Shown here: piece by piece, positions 32,587 through 41,908 of the stretch
How the letters are laid out: every line of letters begins with the position of its first letter
How positions within the stretch are numbered: position 1 is the stretch's first letter
Source: Pseudomonadota bacterium
GTDB taxonomy: Bacteria > Bdellovibrionota > Bdellovibrionia > Bdellovibrionales > Bdellovibrionaceae
Length of the DNA: 64,000 bases
Assembly (NCBI GenBank): GCA_041178425.1
Contig: JBEGVH010000006.1
Location: forward strand, 96,001-160,000
Direction: 5' to 3'
Program-made: the position numbers and the translations under genes
Notes under the pieces: generated by a model
What the model was told of the DNA's origin: nothing
The model's input: the letters and a program-made list of their open reading frames with translations, nothing else
The model's database searches: none

Positions 32587-32598
32587 AAATTACTCTCT

Positions 32599-32627
32599 AT
32601 TTTCTATAGATTGCGAAGAGGAGTCAA
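32599..32627 (-). promoter_or_regulatory. sigma70-type promoter for the GpgS-HAD operon
   Basis: TTGACT-N17-GAAAAT on the minus strand; predicted start about 32592, just before the riboswitch candidate. Confidence 0.5.
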
Positions 32628-32644
32628 GATGTATAAATTAAAAA

Positions 32645-32685
32645 AACACCAAACAAAAGACTAAAAATAGAAGTTGTTTGGTGTT
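32645..32685. repeat. 12-bp perfect inverted repeat AACACCAAACAA-N17-TTGTTTGGTGTT
   Basis: Read directly; lies just upstream of the operon's -35. Confidence 0.6.
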
Positions 32686-33008
32686 GAGGCTTAGTCGCCA
32701 AATTGTCGTCGTGATTACTTTTCATTTACAGGGTGCCTCATTAAAATTAGGATTTCAGAAACAGGAGGTATCAACAATTAGATACCAGTTTCTCTAAATT
32801 TCAATTTAAATAGTTTTTGTTTACAGAGTCACTTGGCCCTTCGGAAGTATTGCGATCTTTAATGATACTAGCTGTTTTTATGGTGCCATTAAATAGTAAT
32901 TTGCGGTCGATATTAGGGCAATGATAGGTCTTAATAGATCACCTCTTGACAATCATAGGTAAATCCCTACACTGCGCGACTTAATTGTGATTGGTAGGGA
33001 GAAAATAG

Positions 33009-33428
33009 ATGAGAGTTTTAGTGCTTGCGTTCGTTGTGATTTGTGCTGCTACCCAGGCTTTTGGTTCTGATATCGTAATTGAATCAGAAACAAAAGAAAT
33101 CTTTTTGAGTCATCCTCTTCAAATGGATTTGAGATGCGAGGGCGGCCGTACAAAAACGTACCCGACTTCATCGGTAGTGTTGTTGACGAGCGCAACGGGG
33201 TTTTTCGAAAAAAGCACGCTGACCTCTCTGATCCATGATGATTATCCCCGCATGGGAGATCATTGCGATGAACTTATCAATCGCTTTTTATCTCAGTTGC
33301 CTGCGAAACTTTCGCTAACTCTCAATATCTTTGAGGTCGACGGTAAAAACATAAGAACCAAAGTTCGCCGACAGTCTATTTCTGGAAGTTTTGGTGATTT
33401 TAAGTTTGAAAGCCGTGACGAGTATTAG
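33009..33428 (+). CDS. Secreted hypothetical protein
   Basis: Signal peptide; RBS GGGAG; upstream TTGACA-N16-TACACT. Confidence 0.65.
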   Translation: MRVLVLAFVVICAATQAFGSDIVIESETKEIFLSHPLQMDLRCEGGRTKTYPTSSVVLLTSATGFFEKSTLTSLIHDDYPRMGDHCDELINRFLSQLPAKLSLTLNIFEVDGKNIRTKVRRQSISGSFGDFKFESRDEY

Positions 33429-33439
33429 AAAAGATAAAA

Positions 33440-33513
33440 TGGAGGTGGTAAACGGATTTGAACCGCTGTACGCGCTTTTGCAGAGCGCTGCCTAGCCCCT
33501 CGGCCATACCACC
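33440..33513 (-). tRNA. tRNA-Cys (GCA)
   Basis: GGTGGTA acceptor stem, anticodon loop CT-GCA-AA, TTCAAATC T-loop, encoded CCA; 74 nt. Confidence 0.95.
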
Positions 33514-33557
33514 AAATAGGTTCAGAAGGGCCAAGCTACCGATAAAGCCCTTTTGAG

Positions 33558-35000
33558 TCAATCCCATCTTTGTAATTCCACGAAGGGCGTCACTGTATAA
33601 GTCAGAGCCTTTTCAATTTCATCCACCCCGGGCCGATTTTTGCCACCAAGATCCGCAAGAGTCTTGGCCACACGAAGAGTCGATAGGTATCGGCGATGGG
33701 AACCTTGTAATTGTTCCATCAGTTTTCGCTCAAGGAGTGGCCAGTTTTTTACATCAAAGGCGCTCTCCGTAAGGGAGGCATTGTCTGACTCGCCCTCTGT
33801 CAAACGGTTTCTGAGGTCTTGCAGTTGTTCGCGAAGATCGGTCCATGGAATGGTCCGTGGCCCCTTCCAGCGATGGGAAAAATTAAGAATTTGAAAGCGG
33901 TCCACCAAAGGACCCGTCAGTTTTTGCGAATAACTTCGGCATTTCGTGAGGGAGTAGCGACAGCGTGTCGGAGTTTTAGGCACAAAATCACCACAGGGGC
34001 AAAGATTGGTGGTGGCCAACAAATGAAATCGGCACTCATAGGTATAATAGCCTGACACTCGCGCTAAACGAATTTTATGGGTTTCGAGGGGTTCACGCAA
34101 GGCTTCGATAACGGTGGGTTTAAACTCTAAAAGTTCATCAAGAATCAGCGTGCCATGGTGGGCTCGAGCGAGTTCACCGGTTCGAATCGGGTTACCACCT
34201 CCAACCAATCCTTGAGTTGTTGCTGAATGATGAGGGCGAATCAGTGGTCGCCAGAAACTGGAATCATTGGTCGTGTCGGGAGTCTGTTGGCGGCGGCGCC
34301 AAAGGTCTCTCTGGGTCTGTTCATCAGGATCACTTCCCAAACTGTGAATGATTTCTGACATCATCGATTTTCCGCTCCCCGCAGGGCCCGCCATGAGCAC
34401 TGAGTGTCGCCCAAGGGCCGCGATCGCAGCTAATTCTGCCTGTGCCGTGGTGAGGCTGATATGGTCGAAGCGCGGAGATTGAAGGACGGCCTGTGGCGAT
34501 TCGTTTTGCCATGACGGTTCGACGAGTTCGCGCAAATGAGTGATAGTTCCGAGAGGCGATTGCAACCATGGGCGTTTTTGATCATTGGTGGTTTTGCCAG
34601 TTACGAGAAACGTGGGAGAGCGGTCATCAAAACCAACAAGATCTTCGGGTTGTTGAACGCTCCCATCCAGGTTGAGCTCTCCGTAGAGAGTCCATTTGGC
34701 GGCATCAAAAGGCTGAGGGAGTTGTTGCATCTCCCAAAGAATTCCTGCCGCCACGGCGAGCTCTAAACCGCGACTCGATTTTTTTAAATGATTGGGTTTG
34801 AGATTAATGATGATTTGCTCTGCTTCAGGCCAGGTAAATCCGCTTTGTTTAATTGCCGTTTTAATGCGAATAGCACTTTCTTTAATGGCCTGATCGGGGA
34901 GCCCAACAAATTTCATCTCGGGCAGGCCGCGAACTAACAAAACTTCAACTTCGATGGGGTTTAAATCCCACCCCTGGGAGATCAGTGATTTTAATTTCAT
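33558..35000 (-). CDS. comM: ComM/YifB Mg-chelatase-like AAA+ helicase
   Basis: 'VGLPDQAIKES..RIKTA', Walker A 'GPAGSGKS', 'AHHGTLILDELLEF', 'TNLCPCG'. Confidence 0.9.
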   Translation of the reverse strand: MKLKSLISQGWDLNPIEVEVLLVRGLPEMKFVGLPDQAIKESAIRIKTAIKQSGFTWPEAEQIIINLKPNHLKKSSRGLELAVAAGILWEMQQLPQPFDAAKWTLYGELNLDGSVQQPEDLVGFDDRSPTFLVTGKTTNDQKRPWLQSPLGTITHLRELVEPSWQNESPQAVLQSPRFDHISLTTAQAELAAIAALGRHSVLMAGPAGSGKSMMSEIIHSLGSDPDEQTQRDLWRRRQQTPDTTNDSSFWRPLIRPHHSATTQGLVGGGNPIRTGELARAHHGTLILDELLEFKPTVIEALREPLETHKIRLARVSGYYTYECRFHLLATTNLCPCGDFVPKTPTRCRYSLTKCRSYSQKLTGPLVDRFQILNFSHRWKGPRTIPWTDLREQLQDLRNRLTEGESDNASLTESAFDVKNWPLLERKLMEQLQGSHRRYLSTLRVAKTLADLGGKNRPGVDEIEKALTYTVTPFVELQRWD

Positions 35001-35066
35001 AGTAACCGCTATATTTGCAAGCGGTGCCAAATTCTTATAATCAAATAAACCGACAAAGACTGTCCG

Positions 35067-35960
35067 CTAGGGGCGAGAATCGGAATCGTTTTCGGACGCT
35101 CGGCCATCGGCCAAGGGATGAAAGGCATTGATGGCGTCATGCAAGTGTTGAGTGCTCACAGAGGTATAAATTTGAGTTGTTTGAATGCTTGAATGCCCTA
35201 AAAGTAATTGAATGCTTCGGAGATCGGCCCCCGCATCGAGAAGGGCTGTTGCACAGCCATGCCGGAGTTGGTGCGGAGACACTGGCTCTTCAAAGCCTGC
35301 TTTGTTAGACCACGCTGTGAGCCAGCGCCAGATATCAACACGACTCGGGCGATGCCCCCTATCATTAAGAAGAAGGGCGTCGCTTTTTTCACGCAGAAGA
35401 CTCGGTCGAACCAGCTCAATGTATTGATTTAAAGCTTGCACCAGAACGTCAGTTAAAGGCACAAGGCGCTGTTTGCCTCCCTTGCCTGTTACCTTGATCC
35501 AGCGCTCAATCGAATTATAGTCAAGCGTATCAAGCTCAATGAGTTCAGACACTCGGCATCCCGAACCAAACAAGAGCGACAGCGTGAGTTGGTTTCGGCG
35601 CGTTTGCAGCTCATTGTCAGTTACGGCGGCTTCTTGCAAAGCAAAAAACTGATCGGTGGTTAAAACCTTGGGAAGAGTTTTTTTAGACTTTGGCTGGCGT
35701 AACTCGCGAAGTTCGGGGCATTGATGGCCACGGTTCTCACAAAATTTCAAATAGGTGCGAATGCTACTGATCATTCTTGCTTGTGAACGTGGAGAGAGCC
35801 CCCGTTGTCGAAAAAAATCATAGATATAAGCAATCGGCTTTTTTAACTCGATGAATTCGACATAAAGCTCTAAATCGCGACGATAAGCCATCACGGTATT
35901 TTGACTTCGGCCCCGGACCGTTTGGAGTTCTTCGAAAAAATCAGCCCAAAATTCCAACAT
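35067..35960 (-). CDS. xerD: Tyrosine recombinase XerD
   Basis: 'SQNTVMAYRRDL', 'GCRVSEL', 'GKGGKQRLVP', 'SPHQLRH..ATALL..GADLRSIQLLLGHSSIQTTQIYT'. Confidence 0.85.
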   Translation of the reverse strand: MLEFWADFFEELQTVRGRSQNTVMAYRRDLELYVEFIELKKPIAYIYDFFRQRGLSPRSQARMISSIRTYLKFCENRGHQCPELRELRQPKSKKTLPKVLTTDQFFALQEAAVTDNELQTRRNQLTLSLLFGSGCRVSELIELDTLDYNSIERWIKVTGKGGKQRLVPLTDVLVQALNQYIELVRPSLLREKSDALLLNDRGHRPSRVDIWRWLTAWSNKAGFEEPVSPHQLRHGCATALLDAGADLRSIQLLLGHSSIQTTQIYTSVSTQHLHDAINAFHPLADGRASENDSDSRP

Positions 35961-36207
35961 AAGCTCATCATGGGCAGTTCGCGATTGAAAATCAATCGCA
36001 AAGTAGGGGCCACTTTTGAAGCAAAGCATAAGAAAGGTCAGGGAAACACATAGTAAAAGTCACTACGAGGACCAAAAAGGGCCATGGGTATGAAGGAACT
36101 CAAGAATGACAACAGGTGCGAGTTCGGTTGATTGCTATTTTAACAAGGAATTGCTAGGGTTCGGGCGTTAGAAAAACGTTCCCGCGCCATCTGAGCCTTA
36201 GGAGTTA

Positions 36208-36603
36208 TTGGTGAAAATAGTAAAAACGGTTTTAGTTGTTATTGCTTTGATGGGTCTTGGGTATTTTGGAGTCACTTTTTATTCGTTTTTATTTGCTCGC
36301 AAGGTCAATGGTGTAGTGGTGGATGTTGAAAAAGTCGAAATGACTAATGCTGTTCTCACTCGTTCGACGAACGATCTTCCTTATATGCATTCATTCGCTG
36401 TTGCGGTGAAGGAAGCCAGTGGTGAAATTATCACTTCGTCGGCCGAAGATCGACAGTGGGCCGTTGTTAAAGAAGGTCAGTGCGTAGAGGCGAAGTTCTT
36501 TCCTTATCCTCCATGGGATTTTGTCAAATCAGGCACCTATTTTGGTGCCCGTCTTTTAAAGCTCTCGGATTGCTCATCCGTTTCACCTCAAGAGAATAAA
36601 TAA
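36208..36603 (+). CDS. Hypothetical membrane-anchored protein
   Basis: RBS AGGAG, N-terminal TM, 'DRQWAV', 'FPYPPW'. Confidence 0.7.
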   Translation: MVKIVKTVLVVIALMGLGYFGVTFYSFLFARKVNGVVVDVEKVEMTNAVLTRSTNDLPYMHSFAVAVKEASGEIITSSAEDRQWAVVKEGQCVEAKFFPYPPWDFVKSGTYFGARLLKLSDCSSVSPQENK

Positions 36604-36610
36604 GATTTAA

Positions 36611-38683
36611 TTAGTGCGCGAGAGCCTTCAGTTTGACCATTTGTATTTGTCCCTCGTCATCAGGGATCTGATCGAGAAATTTAACGGTCCATGTTCCCGC
36701 AGCGGGTTCTCCATAGAAAGCATTAGAAATTAAGTTGTAGGTCTGAGTCGTTGCATAGGGGTTTCCTAAGCCGTCGCGCGTGCCAGAATAGGTATTAAAT
36801 GGTGGCATTACAATGCTGCGTGTTCCTGCCGGTGAGATGATCTCAATAGCCACATCGCCAAAGTACGAATGTGATACAAGAGCTTCAAGCTCAAGGGTCT
36901 CAACGGTTTTATTAAGCGTAGATACAATGGCTTCGGTCGCGCTGATGGCAGAAGACGTTCCGAAGGCCTTGCTGCTTGTGATGGTGTTTCCTAGTTGGTG
37001 CTCAGTCGCTGGTGGCAAAAGAGTGTGCGAGCGAGCGTAGGTGAGTGCTGCGGAAATATCAAGAGCTCCAAAACCATAGTGGTTATGAAAAGCTATTCCC
37101 GCCGCATTGGTGACCCATCCCAAGGAGAATTCAATCTGTTGTCCTTGATAGCTGTAACTCATAGCTGGTGAAGACGGTTCGATTCGACGAGCCGTTTTAG
37201 CCAAGATATGTTTTACATCCCGCCACGTTAACTGCGGATTACCCTCGAGCAAAAGAGCAATAGCCCCAGAGGCCATAGGAGTAGCCGAGGAGGTGCCGTT
37301 GAAGGCCGATGTGTATCGACAAAGATTGTTTATTGCTAAAACGCCGCTGTTAAAGTCGTTCGTGGTGGAACTGCTACGGCTCAATCCAACATCACAACCA
37401 TAGAGGTCGGTGGTGACCATCGCTGGTGTGGTGGTTCCAAATTCGCCGCCCGGTGCCGAGATCCAAAGGCTGGACCCAATGCTTGAATAGGACGCTTTCA
37501 CTCCTTGTGCACTGAGAGCTCCAACAACGATCGTGTAAGGATTGTTGTTGTATTGATCTTGGTTGGCGCTTTCGGGGCAAAATCCGCTACTGCCACAACT
37601 CAGGTAACCATTGCCGGCGGCCTTGACAACGAGAGTGCCGCGCCCATTGCGCTGAGTGCTAGTTACAGATTTTAAAATATCCCGGTATTCCGCTTCGATG
37701 CTCATAGGAAAGCTATTAGAAGCTCCCCAACTTTGATTAATAATGTCGTAGGGGCCAATGACTTGGTCGATCAATTTGTTAATGGATTGATCGCTTTCAA
37801 TAAAGTTAAGAGACGCAATATTGGCTCTTGGCGCTACGCCGCGAACGCCAATGTCGTTCCATCCAACAGCCGCAATGAGACCTGCAACACCAGTCCCATG
37901 AAACGCATAGCTCGCCGAGGTAGGCGTGGGCACTCCACTGTAACCGTTAGCAAGTGTTCCATTGATATAATCGCGGTGGTAAGGTTTTACGTTCTCCGCA
38001 AGATCTTCGTGATTAACATCAAAGCCAGTATCAGAAACTCCAATGAGAATGTTTTTTCCAGAGTAACCCGCTTGGTGAGAAGCAAGAACATGGAGATCTT
38101 CGTTTGGTTTTCCACCCGATTGCGAGTAGGCTCGTTGACCGGTGTTAACAAGTCCCCATTGATCACTAAAAAAAGGATCGCTTTTTACGGTGATCGAAAA
38201 AGGGCCAATTTGAATATCTTGGTTATTCGATGTGTATCGCAAAGACAAATTCTCAAAGGTTCCTGAGCTCGGTGGAACTCCAGAGATTTGTCCGGTGGTG
38301 CTATTGATAGAGAGCCAGATCGGAAAATTATCTCCACGCCAGTTACTGAAGGAGCCAGAGTTGGACCAGTTACGAGCCACGGTCTGTGGATTGACAGTGA
38401 AGAGAAAGTCTCCGTAAGCAACCTGATTTTCAGCCTCGAAGAGTAAAATTTCTGTCGACGGCGGTGGTGTTGCTGTTTGTTGGGGAGTGGCTGTTTCGGT
38501 GGGAACCAGCGGTGGCACATCCGTTGTTGGCACGGTAGGGGGATTTACCGCTTCGTTCGTGGTTCCACTTGAACCCGTGGGAACACCATCGTTTCCGGGG
38601 AGGCCTTTTTTGGTATTGTCAGTTTTACTGCAACCGGAACCAATGAAGACAATAAATAGAATAAGATTGATTAACGGCTTCAT
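36611..38683 (-). CDS. Kexin/furin-like S8 serine protease lipoprotein with Ig-like and P-domains
   Basis: Lipobox GSGC, P/T linker, Ig-like 'WLSINSTTGQISGVP'. Catalytic 'VSDTG', 'HGT', 'AAGN', 'GTSSATP'; 'TWRDVKH'; C-terminal P-domain. Confidence 0.9.
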   Translation of the reverse strand: MKPLINLILFIVFIGSGCSKTDNTKKGLPGNDGVPTGSSGTTNEAVNPPTVPTTDVPPLVPTETATPQQTATPPPSTEILLFEAENQVAYGDFLFTVNPQTVARNWSNSGSFSNWRGDNFPIWLSINSTTGQISGVPPSSGTFENLSLRYTSNNQDIQIGPFSITVKSDPFFSDQWGLVNTGQRAYSQSGGKPNEDLHVLASHQAGYSGKNILIGVSDTGFDVNHEDLAENVKPYHRDYINGTLANGYSGVPTPTSASYAFHGTGVAGLIAAVGWNDIGVRGVAPRANIASLNFIESDQSINKLIDQVIGPYDIINQSWGASNSFPMSIEAEYRDILKSVTSTQRNGRGTLVVKAAGNGYLSCGSSGFCPESANQDQYNNNPYTIVVGALSAQGVKASYSSIGSSLWISAPGGEFGTTTPAMVTTDLYGCDVGLSRSSSTTNDFNSGVLAINNLCRYTSAFNGTSSATPMASGAIALLLEGNPQLTWRDVKHILAKTARRIEPSSPAMSYSYQGQQIEFSLGWVTNAAGIAFHNHYGFGALDISAALTYARSHTLLPPATEHQLGNTITSSKAFGTSSAISATEAIVSTLNKTVETLELEALVSHSYFGDVAIEIISPAGTRSIVMPPFNTYSGTRDGLGNPYATTQTYNLISNAFYGEPAAGTWTVKFLDQIPDDEGQIQMVKLKALAH

Positions 38684-39267
38684 CGTGGTTGAATCTCCCT
38701 GTCGACGACATCAACTTTTAAAGATTCAATGGCCATCTCTGCTCTGAGTTTATCGACAGCCTTTGGAACATCAGTGGGTGGATTGACGGTTACAATATAT
38801 TTATTGTTTCCAAGTTCGCGGCTGACGCTCAAAGTGGTTCCGTCAAAATCATTTGGAAGCCGACTGATCTCTTGCGTTTCAAGGATAATCTCACCCGATA
38901 TAAAAGCTTTTTTTCCAGTGCTGATATTGGCAACGGCCAAGCGTGGCTGTTCCGGTTTATTTTTGTCTTTTTCAATATTAATGATTTCGTTACCTTTAAG
39001 CACAAAACGTGATTTACCGTTTGTAAAATTGATAGTTTGCGACTCCGAAGCAATTCCACGTGCTTGACTCTGCTCCACGGCGGTTCGAACTTTGTTTTGA
39101 TTACTTAGTGTCTGATCTAGGAGTTGGCTCCAATTTTTTTCGGGAGAATTTTTAAGGGCATTTTCGCGTGCGAATTTTTCTCGAGTGATATGAATGACAA
39201 ACATACCAAAGGCAAAGCCCATTGTAGGAATTATGATCCACTTCCATTTGAACTTTTTGGCCTTCAT
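38680..39267 (-). CDS. Membrane-anchored protein, probable external chaperone/propeptide of the adjacent protease
   Basis: Overlaps the protease start by 4 bp; C-terminal ~75 aa look like an S8 prodomain/I9-type alpha/beta module ending '..DVVDREIQPR'. Confidence 0.5.
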   Translation of the reverse strand: MKAKKFKWKWIIIPTMGFAFGMFVIHITREKFARENALKNSPEKNWSQLLDQTLSNQNKVRTAVEQSQARGIASESQTINFTNGKSRFVLKGNEIINIEKDKNKPEQPRLAVANISTGKKAFISGEIILETQEISRLPNDFDGTTLSVSRELGNNKYIVTVNPPTDVPKAVDKLRAEMAIESLKVDVVDREIQPR

Positions 39268-39487
39268 GACGTCGAGCCCTCCTTTGATCTTTATCGGAGA
39301 GCAGCAAAAAAAGATGTTAGGACTCTGGTCTAAAAATGAGACAGTGGCGTTTTTTTGTGAGGTCTTTTTTAGGCAGCTGTTTAATTTATATTAGACAGGA
39401 CCTGGCCTATGGTTGGAGCAATTTGTTTCAAAAAAGAACAACTAAGATCTTGTAATCAATAAGAAGTTTTTAGAAATTCGAACCATT

Positions 39488-39504
39488 TAGGACTCCGTTT
39501 TGCA
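39488..39504 (+). promoter_or_regulatory. Candidate sigma54 promoter (-24/-12)
   Basis: TAGGACTCCGTTTTGCA = GG-N10-GC upstream of the rlpA-like gene. Confidence 0.35.
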
Positions 39505-39548
39505 GAGATATTAACGACGTAGCATCGCCTCGAGCGGGAGTATCAGCG

Positions 39549-40355
39549 ATGGGCAAAAGAATGGCTTCTTGGTTGTTTGTGATGTGTCTTGCGCAGAGTG
39601 CATCAGCGACGATGAATGCGGCTGCGGGGGAACCACGGCCTCTATTGTCTGAGGTTGGGAGCAGTCAAGGCGAGGAAGATTTTGCTTATGATGCTGCGGC
39701 TTTTGTGCCGCAAAATCAGAGTTTGTCTTATCGTGCTCATCAGCAAAAACGAGCTGATAACAAGGCCCCTTCTGAAAAGACCCCAGTGACGATCAATGTG
39801 ATACCTTTAGACGAATGGAATAAAATGAACCATGCTCAGTTGAGTCTTTTACCGAAGGCTTCTTTAGAGCGAAACGGTGATCAATTGCTCAATACGCTTG
39901 CGTTCGAAAAAGAGCTTGAGCGTGTTTCAGGCAGTCTTAGAGATGATGAACAATTGGCGTCGCTTCGAAAAACAAAAATTTCTGGAAAAAATCGCCGAGG
40001 AAGAAAATCTCAGGTGCTAACTTGTGCTGGCGATGCCACTTATTATTTGCCAACAGGAAAAAGAACGGCAAGTGGCGATCGTTTTACAGGAAGAGAACTG
40101 TCGGCAGCAGCGGTCAGTCGATTTCCATTAAATTCTATTCTGGTTGTTTGTCGGCAAGACAAAGTTCAAACCTGTGTAAAGGTGAAAGCGAATGATCGAG
40201 GGGGCTTTGAACATCAACGTGGCAACCCCACTCTCGTCGATCTCTCGCCAGCAGCGGCAAGCTATCTCGGATTTGGTCCGCGAGCGAAGTCCCGTGACGA
40301 CGAAGGAGGTGTGATCGGACGGGTAAAGATCACTGTTCGAGGGCCGGGTTGCTAG
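39549..40355 (+). CDS. RlpA-like double-psi beta-barrel (lytic transglycosylase family) protein
   Basis: Signal peptide; 'GDATYY..GKRTASGDRF...SAAA', 'VKANDRGGF', 'VDLSPAAA..LG'. Confidence 0.8.
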   Translation: MGKRMASWLFVMCLAQSASATMNAAAGEPRPLLSEVGSSQGEEDFAYDAAAFVPQNQSLSYRAHQQKRADNKAPSEKTPVTINVIPLDEWNKMNHAQLSLLPKASLERNGDQLLNTLAFEKELERVSGSLRDDEQLASLRKTKISGKNRRGRKSQVLTCAGDATYYLPTGKRTASGDRFTGRELSAAAVSRFPLNSILVVCRQDKVQTCVKVKANDRGGFEHQRGNPTLVDLSPAAASYLGFGPRAKSRDDEGGVIGRVKITVRGPGC

Positions 40356-40367
40356 TCGCCAGCAGAC

Positions 40368-40916
40368 CTAGGGCACTTTCACAAACTGTAAATAGTGTTT
40401 TAATTCGTTGATACTCTCTTGAATATCATCGAGAGCTCGATGTTTTTCGGATTTATCAAATTTCACATTGTATTTTTGATAAAACATGAGTTTCCAACTG
40501 CTCACATCCATCATGCGGTAGTGGAGTTTTTTATCGAGATCCGGCCAATACTTGCTGATAAACAAACGATCTTGAGAAATCGAATTACCACAAATAATCG
40601 CACGGCGGTCTTCTTCGTGAATCCAATGTCGCTCTATCAACTTTAATAAATCTTCTTCGACTAAGTGGGAGGCTTTTCCAAAAGGAACTTTGCTCGTCAA
40701 ACCAGATTTACCATGGTGTTGCTTGTTCCAATCATCCATTTTGTCGAGATACATTTTCGGTTGTTGAACCACTTGTTCGTAGGATTCTATAGGGTTTAAC
40801 TTTAAGTCAGTGACAATGGCAGCGCACTCGATAATCACTTCTTTGTTTACATCGAGGCCCGTCATCTCGAGATCAATCCAAAGAAGACGGTCTAATTTTT
40901 TATCGTTTTTACTCAT
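40368..40916 (-). CDS. orn: Oligoribonuclease
   Basis: 'WIDLEMTGL', 'CGNSI.QDR.F', 'HYR..DVSS', 'HRALDDIQES'. Confidence 0.95.
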   Translation of the reverse strand: MSKNDKKLDRLLWIDLEMTGLDVNKEVIIECAAIVTDLKLNPIESYEQVVQQPKMYLDKMDDWNKQHHGKSGLTSKVPFGKASHLVEEDLLKLIERHWIHEEDRRAIICGNSISQDRLFISKYWPDLDKKLHYRMMDVSSWKLMFYQKYNVKFDKSEKHRALDDIQESINELKHYLQFVKVP

Positions 40917-40954
40917 TGAGAATCCTTAAAAAGAAGTGAACCTTTATTGTATTT

Positions 40955-41908
40955 TTAATCTTCTGCCTGGGCAACTATTTTCTGGAGAGCCAAAAGCTCA
41001 TTAGACCAAAAATTATAATCGTGAAAGCCTGGAAACAGGTTCGGAAATGAAGGGTCATCCCATCGTTCCGCTATCCATGTAGAATAATGAATGATGCGAA
41101 AGGCTCGCAGGGGTTCTAAAAGGTATTGCTCTTCGTCGCTCCAATCGCGGAGTTGGCGGTAACTGTCAACGAAGACTTCTTGTTGTTCCTCGGGCAACTG
41201 GGTGAGAATGATCCAAAAATCTTGAGCCGCGGGCGCCATTAAAAAGTCGTCAAAATCAATTAATGTCCAATCATCGTTCCAAATGAGGTTGCCGCGATGA
41301 AAGTCACCATGCAAGCGAATCGATTTAAAATGAGGTAAGGCGGAGTCCAGAAAGTGAAAGACTTCTTCGGCGATGGATCGGTAAGGATTCCAAAGTTCTA
41401 TTGGAATATGGGGTTTTAAAAGTTCAAGCCGTTGAAAATTAGGCTTTAAAGTGGGTCGATGCTGCGATGGTCGTTTGGCACCCACATTATGAACCCTTGC
41501 AAGCCAACGTCCCAATCCTGGAACCTGCTCGGGAGTTATTTCTTCGATGAGTCTCCCACGAATTTTTGGAAAAACCACCATCATCAACCCATCATGCTCC
41601 GAAAGTGTGCTTTGGTTGCTGAGCAAAAAAGGATCTGCAACGGGAATACCCTCCTCTTTGAGCTCTTTTAAAAAAGCATGTTCTTCTAAAATAGTTTCGC
41701 GACTCCATCGATGAGGGCGATAAAACTTCACAATGACTGATCCACCCGTTTCGAGATCCACATCGAAAACTCGATTCTCGTAAGAATTGAGGGTACGATA
41801 TCGACCGGTCGACTGAAATCCATGAGATTCAACCGCGGCTAAGACCCTATCAGGTGTAAGATTAAAAAAGGTGGTTTTTTTAGAATCCTTTGAGGAATCA
41901 TTGACCAT
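40955..41908 (-). CDS. srkA: Stress response kinase SrkA/RdoA (APH fold)
   Basis: 'LNSYENRV', 'KFYRP.RWS...ILEEH', 'LHGDFHRGN', 'IDFDD', 'RWDDPSFP'. Confidence 0.85.
   Translation of the reverse strand: MVNDSSKDSKKTTFFNLTPDRVLAAVESHGFQSTGRYRTLNSYENRVFDVDLETGGSVIVKFYRPHRWSRETILEEHAFLKELKEEGIPVADPFLLSNQSTLSEHDGLMMVVFPKIRGRLIEEITPEQVPGLGRWLARVHNVGAKRPSQHRPTLKPNFQRLELLKPHIPIELWNPYRSIAEEVFHFLDSALPHFKSIRLHGDFHRGNLIWNDDWTLIDFDDFLMAPAAQDFWIILTQLPEEQQEVFVDSYRQLRDWSDEEQYLLEPLRAFRIIHYSTWIAERWDDPSFPNLFPGFHDYNFWSNELLALQKIVAQAED

Noticed and set aside
35015..35030. sigma54 promoter TGGCAC..TTGC upstream of comM
   Set aside because: GG-to-GC spacing is 8 nt, not the required 10.
35067..35960. Island or prophage integrase acting at tRNA-Cys
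   Set aside because: Sequence matches housekeeping XerD, it lies on the 5' side of the tRNA beyond an intact comM, and no att repeat was found.
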